Positions 28,200 through 37,347 of a DNA stretch of 64,000 nt are shown piece after piece; position 1 is the first letter of the stretch, and every line of letters begins with the position of its first letter. Below the pieces are notes generated by a model. That model was given only the letters and a program-made list of their open reading frames with translations, did not search any database and was not told where the DNA came from. Both the position numbers and the translations under genes were made by a program. Where the stretch lies: NCBI GenBank assembly GCA_963771355.1, contig CAVYTA010000006.1, positions 1,184,001-1,248,000 on the forward strand, written 5' to 3'. The DNA is from an uncultured Candidatus Rokubacteria bacterium. Lineage in GTDB: Bacteria; Methylomirabilota; Methylomirabilia; Rokubacteriales; CSP1-6.

Positions 28200-28621
28200 T
28201 AGCGGGCGTAAATTTCGCGCATCCGGTTCACGTACGTGTTGCCGGCCCCCTCGAGCTCCTTCGCCGTCTTCTCCGCGGAAGCCTGGAAGCGCTCGGCATT
28301 GCGCGCGACGATCTGGGCATTGGTCTCGACGAGCTTGGTCGCCCGCTGGGTCCCATCAGCCACTGCCTGGAGGCCCTTGCGGTACCAGGCGAGCGGATCG
28401 CGCCGGAGCTCATCGAGCACGTCGCCCTGGGGAAGGCCCGGCAGGGTGATCTCGCGGGCGGCCTCGAGGGCCGCCGCCTGCAGCTCGAGGTAGGTCTTCA
28501 TGCCCTCGCGGGCCGCCGAAGACCCGAGCTCCACGAGCTCGCCGATCACCCGCTCATTGGCCTGGGCATAGGCCGACACGGCGTCCAGAACCTTGTCCTT
28601 CACGGTGGTGGGGGTCTGCAT
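28199..28621 (-). CDS. Phasin-like protein 1
   Basis: Helical and Ala-rich; paralogue of 50116-50565 (ELVELGSSAAREG..YLELQ, DPLAW/F). Confidence 0.7.
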   Translation of the reverse strand: MQTPTTVKDKVLDAVSAYAQANERVIGELVELGSSAAREGMKTYLELQAAALEAAREITLPGLPQGDVLDELRRDPLAWYRKGLQAVADGTQRATKLVETNAQIVARNAERFQASAEKTAKELEGAGNTYVNRMREIYAR

Positions 28622-28693
28622 TGCGCGTCTCCTTCTCTTCTCCGGCCTCCGCCGGCTTGGGTTTGGACCGGGTCGGTCCCTGTCGTCATGGCT

Positions 28694-28721
28694 AAACTAA
28701 CACAGCGCGTTATACTGTCAA
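28694..28721 (-). promoter_or_regulatory. sigma70 promoter with overlapping palindromic operator
   Basis: TTGACA-16-TAGTTT on the minus strand; TAACAC-AGC-GCGTTA at 28698-28712. Confidence 0.7.
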
Positions 28722-28790
28722 GCAGAATTTAACGCAGAGAGTCATTTACGCTATAGTGCTGATAATGCGCCATATAATTGAGGTCACGCC

Positions 28791-30060
28791 GTGAGCTCCC
28801 CCGCCCCACGCCAGCGTCGGATTGCTCTCATCGTCCTCCTGGCGGCGGTCTTCCTGGCCATCACGTCCTTCCCCTTCCGCGCCTCCTGGTGGGGTGGCTG
28901 GATCCTCGCGATCGCCGAGGCGGGCATCGTGGGCGGGCTCGCCGACTGGTTCGCCGTCACCGCGATCTTCCGCCGCCCGCTCGGACTCCCCATTCCCCAC
29001 ACCGCGCTGATCCCGGCCAACTGGGAGCTGATGGCGGAACGCGTCGGCACCATGGTCGGCGACCGCGTGCTCACCAAGGACTACGTCGCGCGCGAGGTGG
29101 CGCGCTTCGACATCGCCGATCTCCTCGCGCGTGCCGCCGACCGCGTGAAGCCCGAGGATCTCGAGGCCGTGCTGCGCGCGGCCGCGCGCTGGGCGGCGGA
29201 TCAGCTCACGCCCGAAGCCACCGCGGACATCGTGGCCTGGCTGCGCGGACTCCTCCTCGGCCGTCCCCTGGCTCCCCTCCTGGCGCGGGCCATCGAGATC
29301 GCGCAGCGCCAGGGCTGGGACCAGCGCGCGATCGAGGCGCTCGCCGGCGCCCTCGGCGACGCGCTGGATCGCCCCGACTTCCGCGCTGCGGTGGGCGAGT
29401 TGGTGGACGAAGTGCTCGCCGGCTATCGCGAGAAGATGGGCACCTACCCGCGGCTCCTGATCGGGCTGGCCAACGTCTTCGGTCTGATCAACCGGGACCG
29501 GCTCGTCGGCGTCCTCCACGGCGCCATCCGGAAGGTGGCCGCCGACCCCGCCGACCCGATGCGGCGGCGCCTCGTCGAGGTGATCGGTGCCCTCCCAGAG
29601 CGCCTGCGCCGCGATGCCGACCTGGCCGCGCGCGTGGAGACCGCGAAGACGGAGCTGCTCGCGAGCGCGGAGGTGACCCGGCTCATCGAGGACGCGACCG
29701 AGGGCCTCCGGCGCGCGCTCGTCTCGGACCTCGCGAGCGAGCGGTCCGAGACGGTGGCCTGGATCACCGCCCGTCTCGACGGGCTCCGCCGGCAGCTGTC
29801 CACGGACCCGGCCCTCCGCGCAGGCTCTCGACCGGTGGATCAAGACGCGCATCATCGGCCTGATCGAGCGCTACCACGACCGCATCGCGCGCTTCATCGA
29901 GCGGGGCGTCCACGCGCTGGGGCCCGAGGGCGCGGTGCGCCTCATCGAGGAGCACGCGGGGGACGATCTCCAGTACATCCGCGTCAACGGCACCGTGGTC
30001 GGCGGGCTCGCCGGCGGCGCCCTCTACGCGATCCACCTGCTGCTGCGCCTGCTGCTGTAA
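28791..30060 (+). CDS. DUF445 family membrane protein, +1 frameshift near 29820
   Basis: EAGIVGGLADWFAVTAIFRRPLGLPIPHTA at the N-terminus. The C-terminal DLQYIRVNGTVVGG is in another frame, restored by removing one G at ~29820. Confidence 0.88.
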
Positions 30061-30063
30061 GGG

Positions 30064-30121
30064 GGCTGCCACACCTTTCGCCACTCCTTCGGCCACCCAC
30101 CCGCTCGAGGACGGCGCCGAG
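30064..30121 (+). pseudogene. intI: Integron-integrase (tyrosine recombinase) remnant
   Basis: Translates GCHTFRHSF[+1]ATHPLEDGAE, versus IntI box II CHTFRHSFATHLLEDG. Confidence 0.7.
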
Positions 30122-30296
30122 ACTCCTGTGACCCGCCATGCCGACCCCGCCCCCGCAGTCTCCGCCGCGCTACACAGGTCTGCGTATCCCCTCCCGCGCC
30201 CACCCCACCCCATGGCGAACTATGCGCCACCTAGGCTATTCTTGCGACGCAAGGAGGCCACCGGCCATGCTACGCAGCCTTCCCGCGCTACCACCT

Positions 30297-30331
30297 CCGC
30301 GCTACACAGAACTAGATAATTCTAGTTATGC
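30297..30331 (+). other. attI-like recombination site
   Basis: AACTAG-ATAATT-CTAGTT palindrome ending in core GTTATGC (30325-30331), the exact complement of the first attC R'' (GCATAAC). Confidence 0.7.
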
Positions 30332-30365
30332 GGACAGAGGAGGGCGCGAGCCCGAGAGGAGCCAT

Positions 30366-30743
30366 ATGCCTGACGCGCGTAAGCCGGGCGACGTTCATCC
30401 GTTGTTCGTGGCTGCCTTCAACGCAGGCGATCTCGACGCTCTCATGCAGTGCTTTGAGCCTGAGGCCTGCTTCGTATCCAAGTCGGGCCGTATCGCGGCC
30501 GGAGCCGACGCAGTCCGTGAGGCATATCGGCGAACACTCGCGAACAAGCCTCACATGGAGTTGGAGGTACGAAAGGTCTTGCCCGCGGGCCCCGGTCTGG
30601 CGTTGGTCATCGTCCCGTTCACGCAGAAGGCCGTCACGGGGGACGGACCGACGGAATGGCGCAGTGTAGCGACCGACATCGTTCGGCAGCAGCCCGATGG
30701 CAGTTGGCGGCTGGTTTTGGACAATCCGTTCGGTATCGAATGA
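30366..30743 (+). CDS. SnoaL/DUF4440 NTF2-like protein (cassette 1)
   Basis: FVAAFNAGDLDAL...ATDIVRQQPDGSWRLVLDNP; GAGGAG RBS. Confidence 0.88.
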   Translation: MPDARKPGDVHPLFVAAFNAGDLDALMQCFEPEACFVSKSGRIAAGADAVREAYRRTLANKPHMELEVRKVLPAGPGLALVIVPFTQKAVTGDGPTEWRSVATDIVRQQPDGSWRLVLDNPFGIE

Positions 30744-30749
30744 ACGACC

Positions 30750-30837
30750 GCATAACACACGGCTGGAACGGACCGCCGTCAAGCGCCGTTTTGACCTCCG
30801 AGCGTGGTGCCGGCGGCCGCTCAGGCGAGCGTTCGGC
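30750..30837 (+). other. attC site 1
   Basis: GCATAAC-5-GCTGGAAC...GCTCAGG...GTTCGGC with internal palindrome. Confidence 0.85.
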
Positions 30838-30906
30838 GTTTGACAGGTAGCGCTTGCGAGTCGACAGAGCCGTGAGACCCGACTGGCCGCTTCAACGGAG
30901 AACTGC

Positions 30907-31899
30907 ATGCTGAAGACACGTCTCACGGACCTGCTGGGCCTTCGCTATCCTGTCATTTCGGCACCGATGGCGCGCATGAGCGGCGGCCGTCTGGCGGCGG
31001 CGGTCTCCGCGGCCGGCGGCCTCGGGACCTTCGGCGGCGTGGCTCTCGCAACCCCCACCGGACCGGAATACGTCCGTGAGCAGATCGCCACGATTCGGGC
31101 CCAGACGGATCGTCCGTTCGGCGTCGGTTTCATCACGCATTGGTTGTCGCGCGCACCCGAGAATTTCGAGGTCGTCCTGGAGGAGCGAGTACCGGTCGTA
31201 CTCTTCTCTTTCGCCGATCCCCGGCCGTGGATCGGTCGCGCGAGGGATGCGGGGGCCATTACCATCTGTCAGGTTCAGACGATCGACGGCGCCCGAACCG
31301 CCGTCTCGGCAGGCGCTCACGTCCTCGTCGCGCAGGGCAACGAATCCGGCGGCCACACTGGCGCCCTGCACCTGTTGCCGTTCCTCGTCCGCGTCATCGA
31401 GATGTTTCCCGAGTTACCGGTGGTCGCCGCCGGCGGGATCGCAAACGGCCGCTCGCTGGCCGCGGTCCTCGCCGCCGGCGCCGAAGGTGCCTGGGTTGGA
31501 ACGGCTTTCGTAGCAACGCCGGAGAACGAACTCCCCGAGGCCTACAAGGCACGCGTCGTCCAGCATCGGGGAGATGAGTCCGTCTACACCGAAGTGATGG
31601 ATATCGTCCTCACACGGATGCGCGGGTCGCCGGCCTGGCCGACTGGCATCGCCGCGCGCGTCCACAATAACGCTTTCATTCGCACATGGCACGGCCGCGA
31701 AGACGAGTTACGTGCCCAGCTCGACGAGGTCATCCCGATGTACGCCGAGGCCGCGAAGCGCGGAGACCAGGATGTCGTCCCCGTGTTGTTCGGGCGATCC
31801 GCCGATTTCGTCCACGCCGTGCGGCCTGCGGCCGACGTCCTCACCGAGATGTGCGCCGCCGCCGAGCGCCACCTACGCGGGCGCTGGAACGCCGATTGA
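30907..31899 (+). CDS. Nitronate monooxygenase / FabK-like flavoprotein (cassette 2)
   Basis: PVISAPM, QGNESGGH, AAGGIANG, VGTAF. Confidence 0.9.
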   Translation: MLKTRLTDLLGLRYPVISAPMARMSGGRLAAAVSAAGGLGTFGGVALATPTGPEYVREQIATIRAQTDRPFGVGFITHWLSRAPENFEVVLEERVPVVLFSFADPRPWIGRARDAGAITICQVQTIDGARTAVSAGAHVLVAQGNESGGHTGALHLLPFLVRVIEMFPELPVVAAGGIANGRSLAAVLAAGAEGAWVGTAFVATPENELPEAYKARVVQHRGDESVYTEVMDIVLTRMRGSPAWPTGIAARVHNNAFIRTWHGREDELRAQLDEVIPMYAEAAKRGDQDVVPVLFGRSADFVHAVRPAADVLTEMCAAAERHLRGRWNAD

Positions 31900-31914
31900 A
31901 GGTGGCCGAGTATC

Positions 31915-31984
31915 GCCGAACAACGCGCAGCACCCGACCGGGGCTCGCGTTGCTCGCTCCGGCGGGTGAGCGCCGGCGTTACAG
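31915..31984 (+). other. attC site 2
   Basis: GCCGAAC-5-GCAGCACC...GGTGAGC-6-GTTACAG. Confidence 0.82.
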
Positions 31985-32026
31985 ACCGGTGATGGGGGCT
32001 TCGATGATGACGCGTGAGGAACAGCT

Positions 32027-32464
32027 ATGAGACGGCTGCTCAGAGCGATCACGGTCGTCACGGCCATCTTCCTTCTCGTCGTGCCGGCCGCCACTCACGC
32101 GCAGCAACCAGCAATGCCGGTGATCGGTTTCCTCGGCACCTCGACGGCCGCGGCTTGGGCAGGTTACGTGGCCGGGTTCCGTCAGGGGCTCAGCGAGGCT
32201 GGCTATGTCGACGGCCGCAACGTCACGATCGAATTCCGCTGGGCGGAGGACCGATCCGATCGATTGTCGCCGCTCGCGGCTGATTTGGTCGGCCGTCAGG
32301 TGACCGTGATCGTCACAAGCGCTGGAACGGCTCTGGCACTCGCGGCGAAGGCCGCGACTCCGACTATCCCCGTCGTTTTCGTGATGGGGGCCGACCCCGT
32401 CAAGTTCGGTCTCGTCGCCAGTCTCGGTCGTCCGGGAGGGAACCTCACGGGGGTGTCAAGCTGA
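32027..32464 (+). pseudogene. Truncated ABC substrate-binding protein (ABC_sub_bind family)
   Basis: [12 protein letters not shown]...[16 protein letters not shown]...[21 protein letters not shown] then stops; only the N-terminal half is present. Confidence 0.8.
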
Positions 32465-32519
32465 GGCGGAGGCGGAGGGCATCGTTGCTCGTCTACCCCA
32501 TCGGCGGCACTCTTACGTA

Positions 32520-33068
<549 letters not shown>

Positions 33069-33100
33069 CTATCGGGCCTCAGACGGCTCCGAGCGCCGCC

Positions 33101-33135
33101 GCCTAACCCGCCGCTGAACCGCAGTATCGTTAGCC
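33101..33135 (+). other. attC site 3, internally deleted (35 bp)
   Basis: GCCTAAC-CCGCCGCTGAACCGCAGTATC-GTTAGCC; both R boxes retained, central stem missing. Confidence 0.7.
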
Positions 33136-33623
33136 GCTATGATGTGTGACCGATCGGTGCGAGCATGCGCGGGCGCGCCCTGGAAGGCGCGCATGTGTCA
33201 GAACGAGGGAGGTTCCAGGGCTGGCGATGACGGTTAAGACACTGCGCCCCCAATCGCGAGTGGCGCGATCACGGACAGTGAGCGTGAAGTTCGGTCGGCG
33301 CCACGAGGCCGGACGCGCGCTTCGTCATACTGTCGACTCACGCTGCGCGGAGCTAATCGTGCAGGGTGTGCCACGATCGGACACGGCGAGTGCTAAGTGA
33401 CAACGCATCACGCTGGGGCCCGGTAGCGGCCATCGCCGCGATCAGCATGAACAGCAATTGAAGGAGCTCGCGACCCTCGGCATCAAGCGGGTCGGGCTCA
33501 TGATCTGCGAGACGCTTTTGCTTGGCACTGCTGGTCCTCGCGCTCCTGCGCTGGGGCGGCTGAAGGCGCAAGGCACCGCCCCAGATCGCTGCCTGTGAGT
33601 GCGCTCTCTTCAAAGGATAAGGC

Positions 33624-35324
33624 ATGAACGGCTGGAAGCGTTGGCTGCCCGGGCTGCAGATGGCCAGCCGGTACGAGGCCGCCTGGCTGCCGCACGATCT
33701 TATGGCCGGCCTGGTACTGACCACGATGCTGGTGCCGGTTGGAATTGCCTACGCAGTGGCCTCGGGCGTCCCGGGGATCTACGGCCTGTACGCCACCATC
33801 GTCCCGCTGCTCGCCTACGCCCTGTTCGGCCCGAGCCGGATCCTGGTGCTGGGGCCGGATTCCGCGCTCGCCGCGGTGATTCTCGCGGTCGTGCTGCCTC
33901 TCTCTGCCGGCGACCCGATGCGCGCCGTGGCCCTGGCGAGCATGATGGCGGTGGTGTCGGGACTGGTGTGCATTCTGATCGGCGTAATGCGCCTGGGATT
34001 CGTCACCGAGCTGCTGTCCAAACCGATCCGCTACGGCTACATGAACGGCATCGCGCTCGCCGTGCTGATCAGCCAGCTGCCGAAGCTGTTCGGCTTTTCG
34101 ATCGACAGCGTCGGGCCGCTGCGCGACCTCCTGCGGATCGCGCGGTCGATCCTGGGCGGCCAGGCCAACTGGACGGCGTTCGCGGTCGGCGCCGGCACGC
34201 TGGTGGCGATCCTGCTGCTCAAGCCCTGGAAGCGAATCCCCGGCCTACTGATCGCGGTCGTGGGCGCCACGGTCGCGGTAGGCGCGCTCGGCCTGGACGA
34301 GAGCGCCGGGGTGAAGGTGCTCGGTCCGCTGCCGCAAGGCCTGCCGTCGTTCGCGCTGCCGTGGATAGATCTCGCCGACCTCGTCCAGGTGGTGATCGGC
34401 GGCTGCGCCGTCGCCCTGGTGGCGTTTGCCGACACGAGCGTCCTGTCGCGCACGTATGCGGCCAAGACCCGCTCCCAGGTCGATCCGAACCAGGAGATGA
34501 TCGGCCTGGGCGCCGCGAACCTGGCGGCCGGGCTGTTCCAGGGCTTCCCGATCAGCAGCAGCTCCTCGCGCACGCCGGTCGCCGAAGCCGCGGGCGCGAA
34601 GACCCAGCTCACCGGCGTGGTCGGCGCCGCGGCCGTTGCCCTGCTGCTGTTAGTCGCACCCAATCTGCTGGAAGACCTGCCCAGCAGCGCGCTGGCAGCC
34701 GTCGTGATTGCGGCGGCCATCGGCCTGTTCGAATTCGACGACCTGCGCCGCATTTTCCGCATCCAGCGCTGGGAGTTCTGGCTGTCCGTCGTTTGCTTCG
34801 TTGGCGTCGCAGCATTCGGAGCGATTCCCGGCATCTGCTTGGCGATCGTCATCGCCGTCATGGAGTTTCTCTGGGACGGCTGGCGGCCACATTACGCCGT
34901 GCTGGGCCGAGTCGACGGCATCCGGGGCTTCCACGACATCAAGCGCTATCCCGAGGCGCGGCTCGTTCCGGGCCTGGTCCTGTTCCGCTGGGATGCGCCG
35001 CTCTTCTTCGCCAATGCCGAGCTGTTTCACCAGCGCGTGCTCGAGGCCGTGGCGCAATCGCCGACGCCGATGCGCCGGATCATCGTGACCGCCGAGCCGG
35101 TCACCAGCATCGACGTGACCTCGGCGGACATGCTCGCCGAGCTGGAGCATGCCCTGCGCGAATCGGGCATCGAGATGCGCTTCGCGGAAATGAAGGACCC
35201 GGTCAAGGACAAGCTGAAGCGCTTCGAACTGTTCGAGCGCTTCGGTACCGCGAGCTTTCATCCTACCGTGGGCGCCGCCGTCGACGCCTACCTAGAAGAG
35301 CACTCGGTGGATTGGAAACCCTGA
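33624..35324 (+). CDS. SulP/SLC26 anion transporter with STAS domain
   Basis: DLMAGL, GLYA, FGPSR, NQEMIGLG, SSSRT, PLFFANA. Confidence 0.95.
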   Translation: MNGWKRWLPGLQMASRYEAAWLPHDLMAGLVLTTMLVPVGIAYAVASGVPGIYGLYATIVPLLAYALFGPSRILVLGPDSALAAVILAVVLPLSAGDPMRAVALASMMAVVSGLVCILIGVMRLGFVTELLSKPIRYGYMNGIALAVLISQLPKLFGFSIDSVGPLRDLLRIARSILGGQANWTAFAVGAGTLVAILLLKPWKRIPGLLIAVVGATVAVGALGLDESAGVKVLGPLPQGLPSFALPWIDLADLVQVVIGGCAVALVAFADTSVLSRTYAAKTRSQVDPNQEMIGLGAANLAAGLFQGFPISSSSSRTPVAEAAGAKTQLTGVVGAAAVALLLLVAPNLLEDLPSSALAAVVIAAAIGLFEFDDLRRIFRIQRWEFWLSVVCFVGVAAFGAIPGICLAIVIAVMEFLWDGWRPHYAVLGRVDGIRGFHDIKRYPEARLVPGLVLFRWDAPLFFANAELFHQRVLEAVAQSPTPMRRIIVTAEPVTSIDVTSADMLAELEHALRESGIEMRFAEMKDPVKDKLKRFELFERFGTASFHPTVGAAVDAYLEEHSVDWKP

Positions 35325-35329
35325 AAAGC

Positions 35330-35364
35330 AAAAAAGACCGGACCTCTTGCGAGACCGGGTTCTT
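35330..35364 (-). terminator. Degenerate intrinsic terminator (possibly bidirectional)
   Basis: Minus strand ACCCGGTCTC-GCAA-GAGGTCCGGT followed by a T-tract. Confidence 0.6.
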
Positions 35365-35380
35365 CGTCTCGAGTATAGGG

Positions 35381-35433
35381 TGGCGAAAACCTACTTTTGC
35401 AACGAAGGCACACTTTCATCGTCGCAACTCCGT
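35381..35433 (-). pseudogene. rrf: Degenerate 3' half of a 5S rRNA gene
   Basis: Minus strand ACGGAGTTGCGACGATGAAAGTGTG...GCAAAAGTAGGTTTTCGCCA, versus 5S 3' consensus GCGCCGATGATAGTG...GCGAAAGTAGGTCATCGCCA. Confidence 0.7.
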
Positions 35434-35549
35434 CTGCCCCGGATCGGGCGTGCTGGTACGACGGGCCGTCAAGGCGGGTGCTCGAGCCACCGGAAGCGAC
35501 GGAGCCCGTAATCGCGACGGTCGATCATGCTGATATCCGTGGGAGCGTC

Positions 35550-35638
35550 GTCTAACAACCGATTGGTGCGGCCGGCGTCCAGGTTACGGTGACAACCTCT
35601 AGACGTGGTAGCGCCGCCGCTCAACCGGAGCGTTCGGC
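35550..35638 (+). other. attC site 4
   Basis: GTCTAAC-5-ATTGGTGC...GCTCAAC-6-GTTCGGC. Confidence 0.83.
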
Positions 35639-35672
35639 GACTTCGCGAAACTCAACGGTCGGAGGACAGCCT

Positions 35673-36698
35673 ATGCTTGGTCGCACCCCTCATCCTTGTG
35701 CCTGGCTCCTCGCCTCGCGATGCGCGCTTGTCCTTTCCGTGATTCTGGGCATGCTCGCTGCGTCCCTCCCGGCGGCGGCGCAGGCGCCCCAGAAGGTCTA
35801 TCGCGTCGGTCACCTTGCGGCACCGGGTCGAACACCCGACGGTGCCCCGCCGCGCGTACTCCGTGAAGCGTTGCGAGAGCTCGGCTACGTCGAGGGCCAG
35901 AACATCGCATACGAGGCCCGTTTTGCTGAGGGCAAGCTGGAGCGGCTGCCAGATTTGGCGGCCGAGCTCGTCCGGCTCAAGGTCGACGTCATCGTGGCGC
36001 AAGGGGGGGCGTCGACGGAGGCGGCAAGGCGAGCGACATCGACGATTCCGATCATCATGGCGCCGGCCTCGGGGGATGCCGTGGCGGTCGGATGGATCGC
36101 AACCCTTGCGCGCCCAGGCGCGAACGTCACCGGATTGAGCGATGAGTCCATCCAACTGAGTGCCAAGCGGATGGAGCTTCTCAAGGAGGCGCTGCCGAAA
36201 GCAGCCCTGATCGCGATCATCTGGAACGCCAACGATCGTGGTATGACGCTGCGCTACCGCGAGATCGAGAAAGCGGCGCTCACCCTCCGTGTGGAGGTGC
36301 AAGGGCTGGGCGTGCGCGATCCCGAGGACTTCGCGGCGGCATTCGCCACGATGACACAGCGCAGGCCAGACGCGATGTTCCTGGTTGCGGACGCTCTCAC
36401 GAACATCAATCGTAAACGGTTTGTCGAGTTCGCGGCGACCCACCGCATTCCGGCAATGTATGAGTCCAGCGTCATCGTCCGCGAGGGGGGGCTGATGTCG
36501 TACGGGTCCAGCTTCGAGGACGAGTTCCGTGAGGCCGCCCGGTACATCGATCGCATTCTCAAGGGCGCGAAGCCGGCGAATCTGCCCGCCGTGCAGCCAA
36601 CGAAGTACTACTTCGTGGTCAATCTCAAGACGGCGACCACTTTGGGGCTGACGTTTCCCCAGTCCCTGCGCCTCCGGATCGACGAACTGGTCGAGTAG
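35673..36698 (+). CDS. Orphan ABC substrate-binding protein (ABC_sub_bind family, cassette 5)
   Basis: GGAGG RBS; LGYVEGQNI, LARPGANVTG, GGLMSYG, ILKGAKPANLP, NLKTA. Confidence 0.92.
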   Translation: MLGRTPHPCAWLLASRCALVLSVILGMLAASLPAAAQAPQKVYRVGHLAAPGRTPDGAPPRVLREALRELGYVEGQNIAYEARFAEGKLERLPDLAAELVRLKVDVIVAQGGASTEAARRATSTIPIIMAPASGDAVAVGWIATLARPGANVTGLSDESIQLSAKRMELLKEALPKAALIAIIWNANDRGMTLRYREIEKAALTLRVEVQGLGVRDPEDFAAAFATMTQRRPDAMFLVADALTNINRKRFVEFAATHRIPAMYESSVIVREGGLMSYGSSFEDEFREAARYIDRILKGAKPANLPAVQPTKYYFVVNLKTATTLGLTFPQSLRLRIDELVE

Positions 36699-36705
36699 AT
36701 GGATC

Positions 36706-36762
36706 GCCGAACAAGCCGCTGCAGCGGACCGGCTGCGCCAGCCCTGAGCGCCGACGTTAGCC
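36706..36762 (+). other. attC site 5
   Basis: GCCGAAC-5-GCTGCAGC...CCTGAGC-6-GTTAGCC. Confidence 0.85.
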
Positions 36763-36819
36763 GTCGTGCGGCCGGGCGCGGCCGGCGGATAGGCTACAAT
36801 CGGCTCTAAAGGAGGGCCG

Positions 36820-37347
36820 ATGCGGCTCCTAGCCCTTACCCTGCTCCTGCTCTTCGCGTCCCCGGGCTCCGCGCAGATGTCGCCATTCGAATTCAATGGT
36901 GTCGCGCTGGGAACCGATCTCGCGTCGATCGAGCGCACGTCCCGCTTCTCGTGCACGGAGTCGCGGAGCCCGGTCGCGGACCAGCTCTGCCGCCTCAAGT
37001 CGGGTGAGCGCGAGACCATCGGCGACGCCCCGGTGAAGGGGCTCTTCCTCTACTTCTATTCGGGCAAGCTCGAGATGATCTCCCTCACCCTCGAGCCAAA
37101 GCACTTCCCCGACGTCGTGGGCGCCCTGACGAAACGGTATGGCACGGGAAGCATAGAAACCGAGACCGTGCAGAATCTCACCGGCGGAACGTTCGAGAAC
37201 AAGATCTATTCCTGGCGCCGAAACAAGGCAACGCTCGAAGCGCAGACCTACGGCAGGAACCTCGAAACGTCGTCCCTGATCTATCGCACCGACTTTTCCC
37301 TGGAGGAGTATACGCGGCGGAGCAGCGCGAATCCGGCGGGCCGCTAG
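36820..37347 (+). CDS. Secreted hypothetical protein
   Basis: AAGGAGG RBS, signal peptide, two Cys; no recognised domain. Confidence 0.75.
   Translation: MRLLALTLLLLFASPGSAQMSPFEFNGVALGTDLASIERTSRFSCTESRSPVADQLCRLKSGERETIGDAPVKGLFLYFYSGKLEMISLTLEPKHFPDVVGALTKRYGTGSIETETVQNLTGGTFENKIYSWRRNKATLEAQTYGRNLETSSLIYRTDFSLEEYTRRSSANPAGR

Noticed and set aside
30120..30310. Direct repeats as a CRISPR array
   Set aside because: Repeats are only 9-13 bp, irregularly spaced, with no cas genes; better explained as attI-associated.
33146..33620. ORFs between attC3 and sulP
   Set aside because: No recognisable motifs or start signals; likely decayed remnants.
35381..35433. Functional 5S rRNA gene
   Set aside because: Only the 3' half is present, with substitutions at conserved positions and no rrn context; reported as a remnant.
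36820..37347. Sixth complete cassette
   Set aside because: No downstream attC; the stop overlaps the convergent P450 gene and it seems to have its own -10 (TACAAT).
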